Translations under genes and position numbers: made by a program
Origin: Thalia democratica
Taxonomy: Eukaryota
Direction: 5' to 3'
Length of the DNA: 64,000 nt
NCBI GenBank assembly: GCA_965202585.1
Contig: OZ241830.1
Coordinates: forward strand, 33,046,001 to 33,110,000
Shown here: piece after piece, positions 57,201 to 64,000 of the stretch
Layout of the letters: every line of letters begins with the position of its first letter
Position numbering within the stretch: position 1 is the stretch's first letter
Notes under the pieces: model-generated
Told to the model about the DNA's origin: nothing
The model's database searches: none
What the model saw: only the letters and a program-made list of their open reading frames with translations

Positions 57201-60200
57201 GCTCAAACTTTCTACAGACTTTATTAATTTTGTCGATATGCAACAGAGACGATCACGGTAGTGAGGAAGTACGAGCAGGCGACCAAGCACTCATCTGAGA
57301 GATACTTCTCGTACAAGAGGAGTGACAAGGTAGCGTTGATACCGCTCAACAGAGGGTTCAGCAAGGGAGACGTTCAGTTGACGTGGCACGCCAGGATGAG
57401 AAGGAGGAAGGAAGAAGGAGAAGAAAGCTCAGAAGATGACGATCAAACCGATATTGGGGTAAAAGCATTTAAATCTTAATGAAAACATTTTTAAGAAAAG
57501 TTAAATAAACTTGAATTATTTTTTTTATTGCCAGCATGAACTTAAACCTGATCAAACAACTTTATTTTTAGAAATTACTTAGTACTTGAACAAGAATTTT
57601 ATTAGCTTTTTTTACTACTGAATGTTTTTTGCTTAAACAAAACGACTTTTTTCTTCAAGTCTAATGATGGAGACTGGGCGACCGGAACAGTTCAATTCAA
57701 GGACGGCCAATCTACAGCCGAAGTGAAGATACCGTTGGAAGACGTTCCTACTACGGACGAGAAGTTCAGAAGCTCCTTCTACATCTACGTCGTCGATCAG
57801 AAGAAAAAGAAGAGAATGACAACAGTCAAGTGCGACTTTATCGATGACAGGAGTTAGTGCTTGAATGTTTGCTGTGGAAATGTTAATTAAATTAGCGTTG
57901 TGCTTTTTCACTGTTTTTCTGTGAAAGTCTTTTTTGCAGTGATAACAATTACCATGATAAAACAGGTTTAAAACAGTTTTAACTCACGTTTTAGCTTTGT
58001 TTCAGTGTTCTGAATTTTTATTAACCTTTAAATACGTCATTTAGTGTCAACGACACTAGAAGACTGTTACAAAATTTGAATCCAGCAGACGGAATGCCTA
58101 TTTAAGTATTTTGTTAATACTTTTTAACTATTTTTTTCCAGCATTCGGGGAAGTTGGCTTCAGCCAGCCCACTTACGTCCTGCGCGCCGGAGTGGCGAAA
58201 TCAGCCGAGAGGTTCGCGTTGATACTCAAGCGGGAGAAAGGAAGCGACGGTGACGTCACTATATCATGGAAGGCGCGGAACGATGATTTCGCCGACTTGC
58301 TGTTGAAAGCAACCTCAATGGAGGGCGAAGTTAAATTGAGGGAGGGAGAGAAGAGCGCCTCGTTGTGGCTGCACCTGTGCGAGGGGTGGCGCGATTTGTT
58401 GAAAGAGGTTAACGTAGGGGTCGATCTGGTGAAGGCTTCGGGTGGAGCTTCACTGAATACGGAGAAAATGACGAGCACAGTTTCACTTGTTCCTGGTGAG
58501 AAGTTTGATTGGTTGAAACTTTCTTTTCGCTTCCTTTCTAATCTCTTCTCTTTATTCTTTATTTTCAAAATTTGATTTGTCTTCTGGAATTTATATGACT
58601 ATCTCATCTACCATTCTCTACTTATCTACGTTCTAATAAAAAACTCTATTCAGTGTTTCGTTTGAAGATTATTTTACTTTCGCTAGATTTTATTTAACTT
58701 CTAGTTATTTTTTGTACTTGAACTCATGTAATTTTTCTTTCTTTGTTTCAATTGTAACCTTTTTTTCAACTATTATTTTCAGACAGGTTTTTGTTCTTCT
58801 TTATTTATACCTTTTTTTTTTAATTAATGTAGAACATAGTTATGTTTTAAAATATAATTTTTTTTGTTTTAAAATCAAATTAATTCACAAGTAAACATTA
58901 TAATAAACCATGCAAAATTATTTATAGCGGAAAGAGGTGTGCTTCAGGTTCACCCAAGAAAGGTCAAATTGAAGTGGCCGCTTGTTGAAAGAAGCATGAA
59001 GTTTGAAGTTGAAAGACTCGAGGGCTGCCACGGATCGGCCAAATTCGCGTGGAACATTGAGAAGGGAGAAAAGTCCAAGGAGGACATTATCGGGTATTTC
59101 CCGACCAAGCAGGGCGAGTTTGAAATGAGGTCGGGAGAGAAGAAGGGCAAGTTCTCCTTACCTTTATCCAAGGAAAGCGAGGGACCTGCTTCGGAAGCGC
59201 TTGCTGACCTCAGGATCGTCGCCATGACGAAGGGGGTGCAGGTTCACCCGGACAGCTCCAAGGTAAGGATGCGGCTGGTCGCCGAGAGGGGAGTGATGGT
59301 GGTGAGACCGACTTCAGAGAGGGTCGAGTGCCCGAAGAAGGACGGGTTCGTCACTTTCTACGTGGACAGGCAGCAGGGCGCGTACGGGAAGGCGTACAGC
59401 AGGTGGAAGGTGGAGACTGGGGACGAGAGGCTGACCAGGCAGATGTTCAGCAAGATGGAGGGAGACTTGCACATGAGCAACGCGGAGAGCACCGCCACGC
59501 TGAAGATCCCCGTGAAGACGCCGACAGAGTACCAAGTGAAAGACGTCAGGATCAAGCTGACGTTACTGCCGCTGACTCCAGGAGTGAGCGTGAAGAGCGG
59601 AGGAGAGTCTACGTCCTGCGAGGTGCAGATGGTCTTACCCGAGAAGAAGGACAAGATCCAGTTCGCTTCTGAGAATCTTAACGTGGTGACGTTGGGCATG
59701 AAGCAGATCAGAGTGCCAATAGTGAGGGAAGGTAGTCTGAAGGGCGACGCGTACGCGGTGTTCACATTGTCAGGAGAAGGGGAGAAAGTGGTGATGACGC
59801 ACGACAGAAGGGTGAGGTTCAAGAACAGAGAGGCGACGGCAACAGCCGACATCATGCTCAGAAAGGACGCCAAGTTCAGGGATGCGCAGAAGTTGAAGCT
59901 GACCTTAAACAGCGCTAGCGGAGCCGAACTGGGCCTAAGAAAGGAGATTCTTCTAAACCTGCAGCCCAACGACGACTCGCCACCGTTCGAGCTCAGACTT
60001 GGAAACTCTCCGGACGACGTCCAGGTACCGATGAAGTTCGACGCCAGGAAGGTCAGTCAGATCATGATCCCGATCACCAGAGACGGCGACCTCAGCGAGG
60101 ACTTTGAGGGGTACGTGACGACGAGGTCGGTGACCGCCGTGGACGGCAGCCACTACGAGGGCGTGGAGAGAAAGCGGGTGCTGATCAGGAAGGGGGAGAG

Positions 60201-63200
60201 GACGACGTACGTGGTTATCAAGGTGATCAAAACCAAGTATACCAAGACGATGCACTTTGATCTTCACTTGACGGCCACCAAAAAGACGTACAAGTGGAAC
60301 AAGACCATGAAGATACACCTCCTACCTACAGAGAGACCGGCTACTAGGTTGCTGATGCCCAAGCCGAGCGCTATTGAGGTTGACGAGGCGGGCAACAGGG
60401 TCGTTGTCGACATCGGCAGGAGGGGAAGCGGTGAGATCAACGCCGAGTACGAGACGGTGGACGGTTCGGCCAAGTCCGGGGTGGACTACGAGCACTTGCA
60501 GGGCACTTTCAAGATGACCGAGGACCAGGAAGTTGCCAGGTTGGTGGTTCCCCTGATAGCCGGGGTGAGAAGAAACGTCGAGAAGAACTTCCAGCTGGTT
60601 GTGAGGGACGACCTGGCCGAAGACGAAGCGACGATTCTCCTTCCAGCGTGGGACCCCGCCAACGAGGTCGTCTACCCCGACGTGCTGACGGTGTCGGCCA
60701 AGAAGAGCGACACGGCAATATTGCTGATAAAGCGCAAGAACCCAGACGACAGGGAACTGGACCTCGTGATACCGTACAGGACTTTTGACGGCAGCGCCAA
60801 GTCCGACATCAACTACGTGGACACCAGAGACGAAGTGGTGATCGGCAAGGGCGACGTCGAAGCGCAGATAGAAATTCCCCTATTGCACGGCAAGAACAGG
60901 AGAATAATCACCTTCTTCGTGCTTCTTGGCACCTACAAGAAGCACCGGGTACAGATCGACCTCGCCCCTGTTCGCAAGGACGGACCCGGGGTTTTGGGAT
61001 TCCCCGTGGCGCAACTGGATGTCGCAATGGACAACATGGAGCCCGGGGTGGACGTCGTTAGGGTGCCGGTGGTGCGAAGGAACGGCGTCAAGGGCCAGGT
61101 TTCGGTGGACTTTTACACTAGGGACAACACTGCCGTGGCTGAAGAGCATTACCGCGAGAAATCCGGTCAGGTTGTGTTCGACGACGGCGAGCAGAGAAAG
61201 TACGTGGAAGTTGACTTGATAGAAGGAGCCGACTACAAGAAGGACCGCAGTTTCACCGTGGAGCTTGGAGTCACGGAAGGAGGAGCCGATCTTGGATCGA
61301 AGTACGAGATAGAGGTGCGATTGAACGCCGCACTGGACCCGACCCAACCCGGCGTTCTGGGCTTCGACTCGCCTCGGGTGCCTTTCACGTCGCAGTACCT
61401 GAGCGACCACAACCGGGAAGCCATCATCGTGTACGTGCCGGTGCGGAGGACGATCGGGTACAAGGGAGATGTGTCGGTGGACTACTTCACCAGGGACAAC
61501 ACGGCGGTGGCCGGCAGGCACTACGAGGAGAGCGAGGGCCAGCTGGAGTTCGGGCCGACGGAGACGCTGAAGAGGATCGAGATCATGATCCTGCCGGGGG
61601 CGCACTTCGACAAGAACTACTCGTTCAGCGTGGAGTTGGGAGCGGCTTACGGCGGCGCGGAGATCGGAACTTACGAGACGGAGGTCGTCTTGACCCCGCT
61701 GCAGAGGAGAAGGAGATCGGAGGACAGCATGTCTTCGTCCGACGACCCTTCGTCCTCTTCGAGCTCGTCTTCGTCGAGTTCTTCTTCGGATTCGGATGAC
61801 GAGGACAGCGTGTTCAAGAGGAACCAGAAATTGAGGAAGAGAAGCAGGAAGATAAAAACCATAATAACCACCAGGACCAAAACGATAAGGAAGACCACCA
61901 AGCAGCATAAGAAGCTTTCGAGTCGAGGTATGTTTTATTTAATTCTTGTTTTTTTTTAATTTTTAGTTAAAATATATTTGTGTAGCTAAGCGGTGGTTAT
62001 TTAGTTGGTGTTATGGTGTAAATATCATAAAAAATATCGGTGTATTGTATATCGGTGATAAAACGAACATTAAGTTTTTTAAAGGTGTTAAAATCATACA
62101 AAGTACTTTTTTGCACAAATGAACCACTTGCAGCGCAAGAGAGCGCCGGCGAAGTGGGTTGCACCCGCGACGGGGTCAAAGTCGAGCTGGGTAGCAAACA
62201 CGTGGACGTGCCCATACTCAGAACTGAAGGCAGCAAGGGCGCCGTCTCGGTCGAGTGGTTCGTGCGTGAGGACACGGCGATAGAAGGAACTGATTTCAGG
62301 GAGTGTCAGGGGGTGGCGTACTTTGCCGACGGGCAGACGAAGTCGATGGCTAGGGTCGATTTGGTGCACAGTTCGAACTTGGACGGGGACCAGGAGAGGA
62401 GGTTCATACTGGAGCTGGGCAACACCGACGGGGGTTGCACCCTCGGTTGCTACGAGACCAGCGTGACTATTTACAGGCCCCAAGGTAGTTTACTTCGTGG
62501 ACAAGGGTTTTTCCCTATGATTAGTTAGAAATTCTCTTTTTGTAGAAATTTTCTAAATAATCAATAATATTTTTACAGGATAACTTCTCTGGTGGCAATT
62601 CCTTTCAAAAATTAATTTGACTAACAAAATCTTTTTTTAATTACTAACTGCATGCCTATAGCTAAAAGCTGCTTGTTTTTGTTTTGTGTTTTTATGCATG
62701 GTAATTGCTAAATATTTTCAATAGTTTAGAAGTATGCAACTTGTAATTATATAGGTCTACTTAACATAAATTTAAAAATAAACAAAACTTATGACATTTT
62801 AATAAGCTTATAACTTCTTTAAACTTAAATATACTCCTACTAACACATCAAGTAATGAAACTGGATTCAAGATAGAAATAAGGGTGGGTGATAAAACAAT
62901 TTAAACTAGGCATGATTAGGCTTAAAAGAGCAAGGCAAAGCTAACAGTTATAACAAAATTTAAACAGGCAAAGCTTATAATATGTTGAATATTTTCACTC
63001 TTTTAGACTTTAAATTTTTATTGAAATTAATACATAAAAAAGTAAATTGGTTACTGGATAATTAATTACTTACAAGAGTTTTATTTATTTGAGCTAAAAT
63101 TACTTTTTTTTAAAAGAAGCATGCAAGTAATATTGTAAAAAATTGTTAAGTTTGAACATTTTTTTTGTACTTTGTTACAATTTCTAAAACTTTTCTAAAC

Positions 63201-64000
63201 TAAAAATAAAACATTTAGTTTAAATCTTAATACTTAGAAAAAATAAAATGTTTGTTTGTCAAACACTAAAAGTTTTACAAAGCTACCCGAAAAGTTTATT
63301 TGAAATCTACATAAATTTTCAGAGTATAAATAGCTATTAAGTAAAGTTTTCGAAATGTTATTAATGTTAAGTATTAAACATATCTTAAAACATTTTAATT
63401 AATATTTTAGTACCTGTTGTTGCCCCACAAAACGTCAGAGTTCAAGCTGGAAGTTCTTCAAGTCTCAAAATTACATGGTTGAGTCAGGAAGCTAAAATTA
63501 TCGAATATGTTGTAAGTTTTATGCTGAAAATATCTAAAACTAAGTTGATGGATTTAAATAGTATTTTAACATCAAATATGCTTTTTATCTAAACTTTGTC
63601 CAATTCTAATTATAAAAATTACTGTTACAAGTTCGCTCAATTTAGTGTAAAATGATGCATATATGTATTGAATTTTTAAAATACTTTTCACTCTGTATAA
63701 AGTTTATTCGTAAAACAAACATAATATATTTCAATAAAAACAATTTGTTGTAAAAGTTTCAACTTTCTTTTTTACTCTAAAAAATCAAAAAAATTGTGCT
63801 AAAACTTATATTTAATCGCCAGGTGGCGTACAGACGCACTGGAGAATCGAGCAACCAGCTGGTGAAGAGAAAAGTGCCCTCATCCGAGACGTCCTACGTC
63901 ATAGAGGGGTTGAAGGCTAATAGTAGCTACATCGTGGTGGTGACGGCGGTTGCCGAGGGCGGCCACAGGATGTCGTCGCAGATCGTCACTTGCAAGACTT
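124..64000 (+). CDS. Giant multi-exon Calx-beta/FN3 super-repeat protein (internal part, about 9,880 aa in window, 5' and 3' ends outside)
   Basis: 144 exons with GT..AG boundaries. Phases chain without a stop or frameshift from 124 to 64000 (about 29,650 coding nt). FN3 signature (W..P..GGP..GY.I.YW; L.P...Y...V..fN.VG.GP.S) and Calx-beta signature (V.R..G..G.V.V.W...DG.A..G..Y....G.L.F..GE....I.I) recur throughout. The + strand ORF-track fragments are pieces of these exons. Confidence 0.93.
3410..6656 (+). CDS. Super-repeat unit 1
   Basis: A 3410-3570, B 3869-3989, C 4362-4513, D 4722-4822, E 4985-5160, F 5263-5664, G 5913-6086, fused H+I 6321-6656. Confidence 0.92.
6862..10068 (+). CDS. 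Super-repeat unit 2
   Basis: A 6862-7022, B 7508-7628, C 7883-8034, D 8293-8393, E 8620-8795, F 8976-9377, fused G+H+I 9559-10068. Confidence 0.92.
10186..13334 (+). CDS. Super-repeat unit 3
   Basis: A 10186-10346, B 10600-10720, C 10871-11022, D 11213-11313, E 11534-11709, F 11920-12321, fused G+H 12577-12918, I 13167-13334. Confidence 0.92.
13517..16503 (+). CDS. Super-repeat unit 4
   Basis: A 13517-13677, B 13896-14016, C 14158-14309, D 14417-14517, E 14586-14761, F 14987-15388, G 15665-15838, H 15964-16131, I 16336-16503. Confidence 0.92.
16716..19677 (+). CDS. Super-repeat unit 5
   Basis: A 16716-16876, B 17019-17139, C 17365-17516, D 17664-17764, E 17964-18139, F 18335-18736, fused G+H 18987-19328, I 19510-19677. 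Confidence 0.92.
19936..23114 (+). CDS. Super-repeat unit 6
   Basis: A 19936-20096, B 20537-20657, C 20907-21058, D 21127-21227, E 21410-21585, F 21749-22150, G 22347-22520, H 22683-22850, I 22947-23114. Confidence 0.92.
23405..26946 (+). CDS. Super-repeat unit 7
   Basis: A 23405-23571, B 23737-23857, C 23982-24133, D 24366-24466, E 24594-24769, F split 25045-25255 + 25477-25667, G 25900-26073, H 26355-26522, I 26779-26946. Confidence 0.92.
27096..30720 (+). CDS. Super-repeat unit 8
   Basis: A 27096-27256, B 27523-27643, C 27837-27988, D 28147-28247, E 28311-28486, F 28728-29129, G 29300-29473, H 29748-29921, I 30553-30720. Confidence 0.92.
30093..30352. mobile_element. MITE (non-autonomous DNA transposon), 260 bp, in the H-I intron of unit 8
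   Basis: Imperfect TIRs of about 60-66 bp: left 30093-30158 GGGTAGCTTGAGAATTGTGAAAATCATTAGCA..., right 30293-30352 whose reverse complement reads GGGTAGCTTGAGAGTTGTGCAAATCATTAGCA... (30 of the first 32 nt identical). Flanks AGCATAAA (30085-30092) and AGCATAAC (30353-30360) look like an 8-bp TSD with one mismatch. No coding capacity. Confidence 0.85.
30985..34302 (+). CDS. Super-repeat unit 9
   Basis: A 30985-31145, B 31316-31436, C 31658-31809, D 32006-32106, E 32303-32478, F 32677-33078, G 33284-33457, H 33682-33849, I 34135-34302. Confidence 0.92.
34644..38173 (+). CDS. Super-repeat unit 10
   Basis: A 34644-34804, B 35021-35141, C 35380-35531, D 35696-35796, E 36037-36212, F 36327-36728, G 37011-37184, H 37542-37709, I 38006-38173. 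Confidence 0.92.
38397..42010 (+). CDS. Super-repeat unit 11
   Basis: A 38397-38557, B 38922-39042, C 39242-39393, D 39595-39695, E 39993-40168, F 40333-40737, G 40879-41055, H 41441-41608, I 41843-42010. Confidence 0.92.
42129..46296 (+). CDS. Super-repeat unit 12
   Basis: A 42129-42289, B 42594-42714, C 43088-43239, D 43430-43530, E 43906-44081, F split 44399-44616 + 44874-45057, G 45301-45474, H 45732-45899, I 46129-46296. Confidence 0.92.
46524..50559 (+). CDS. Super-repeat unit 13
   Basis: A 46524-46684, B 46896-47016, C 47277-47428, D 47678-47778, E 47936-48111, F split 48668-48913 + 49094-49255, G 49422-49595, H 49827-49994, I 50392-50559. Confidence 0.91.
50938..54011 (+). CDS. Super-repeat unit 14 (divergent edge unit)
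   Basis: A 50938-51104, B 51204-51324, fused C+D 51572-51824, fused E+5'F 52103-52527, 3'F 52821-52982, fused G+H 53222-53569, I 53844-54011. Confidence 0.91.
54351..54806 (+). CDS. Last array-type FN3 domain
   Basis: Exons 54351-54511 (..PPKEVSKFEAKLTAPTTIRSTW..) and 54686-54806 (VQEAILEDLEANTQYSVNVRACNQAGVGEAS..). Same lengths as A and B. Confidence 0.9.
55156..56189 (+). CDS. Divergent Calx-beta-like domain with a long Ser/Thr/Lys-rich insert
   Basis: Exons 55156-55330 (ends phase 2), 55665-55800 (ends phase 0), 56033-56189 (ends phase 1). Phases chain. Retains R..W and G.IEF...S....I.FP elements. Confidence 0.75.
56478..57029 (+). CDS. FN3 domain
   Basis: Exons 56478-56603 (YPGRVKKP..VNWEQPEEGGPVEGYKII) and 56874-57029 (..YTFTQLTSSTQYDVTIYAYNHVGE..). 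Confidence 0.88.
57247..57852 (+). CDS. Divergent Calx-beta-like domain with charged insert
   Basis: Exons 57247-57458 (..IPLNRGFSKGDVQLTWHARMRRRKEEGEESSEDDD..) and 57660-57852 (..GTVQFKDGQSTAEVKIPL..). Confidence 0.8.
58142..58495 (+). CDS. Calx-beta domain exon
   Basis: FGEVGFSQPTY..LKREKGSDGDVTISW..EGEVKLREGEKSASL..GGASL. Phase 1-1, 354 nt. Confidence 0.88.
58928..61927 (+). CDS. 3,000-nt exon: about 8 tandem divergent Calx-beta-like domains plus a Ser/Asp tract and a Lys/Arg/Thr tract
   Basis: Acceptor tttatag at 58921-58927, donor gtatgt at 61928. Open frame equals ORF 58939-61959. Canonical motifs include TVDGSAKSGVDY, TFDGSAKSDINY and TRDNTAVA..HY..SGQVVFDDGE. Confidence 0.92.
61717..61809 (+). 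repeat. Coding low-complexity poly-Ser/Asp tract
   Basis: SEDSMSSSDDPSSSSSSSSSSSSSDSDDEDS, encoded by mixed TCN/AGY codons, so not a simple microsatellite. Confidence 0.9.
62134..62484 (+). CDS. Calx-beta domain exon
   Basis: ..VDVPILRTEGSKGAVSVEWFVREDTAIEGTDFRECQGVAYFADGQT..RFILELGNTDGGCTLG. Phase 1-1, 351 nt. Confidence 0.9.
63411..64000 (+). CDS. FN3 domain (runs off the window)
   Basis: Exons 63411-63511 (PVVAPQNVRVQAGSSSSLKITW..) and 63823 to beyond 64000 (VAYRRTGE..YVIEGLKANSSYIVVVTAV..). Confidence 0.87.

Noticed and set aside
59314-61908. Long minus-strand and alternative-frame ORFs (e.g. 60880-61908, 342 aa; 59358-59969)
   Set aside because: They lie entirely within the GC3-rich giant exon. 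Stop-codon depletion in shadow frames is expected and there are no recognisable motifs.
58928-61927. Exon length of exactly 3,000 nt
   Set aside because: Any phase 1-1 exon is a multiple of three; the round number is coincidence.
62571-62620. Possible cryptic mini-exon after ttttacag in the long 62485-63410 intron
   Set aside because: Immediate in-frame TAA for a phase-1 entry, and no matching frame-preserving donor.
124-64000. Identity as ADGRV1/VLGR1, FRAS1/FREM, NCX/SLC8, ITGB4 or titin
   Set aside because: No EAR, pentraxin, GPS or 7TM domains, no CSPG repeats, exchanger TMs or Ig-I domains, and the architecture matches none of them. No symbol was assigned.

Overview
Eukaryotic, intron-rich, very AT-rich (probably invertebrate animal) DNA. 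The whole window is the interior of one + strand gene. By hand I spliced 144 exons, all with GT-AG introns, into a single uninterrupted frame of about 29.65 kb (about 9,880 aa). Neither the start nor the stop codon is in the window. Positions 124-54011 are a tandem array of 15 super-repeats of about 541 aa, each one fibronectin type III (FN3) domain plus four Calx-beta domains (unit 0 lacks its first exon). A divergent region follows, with FN3 and Calx-beta-like domains, Ser/Asp- and Lys/Arg-rich inserts, and a 3,000-nt GC-rich exon with about 8 Calx-beta-like domains. The total is about 72 Calx-beta-like and 18 FN3 domains, with no signal peptide or transmembrane segment visible. I do not recognise the gene. 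Notable: intron presence differs between repeats, individual exons are homogenised in a patchwork between distant repeats, some introns are unique to one unit (one with a 7-bp direct repeat at both boundaries), and one intron holds a 260-bp MITE. Exon labels: A,B = FN3; C,D,5'E = Calx1; 3'E,5'F = Calx2; 3'F,G = Calx3; H,I = Calx4. Standard lengths are 161/121/152/101/176/402/174/168/168 nt (1,623 nt per unit). Boundaries were read manually, with no RNA evidence.
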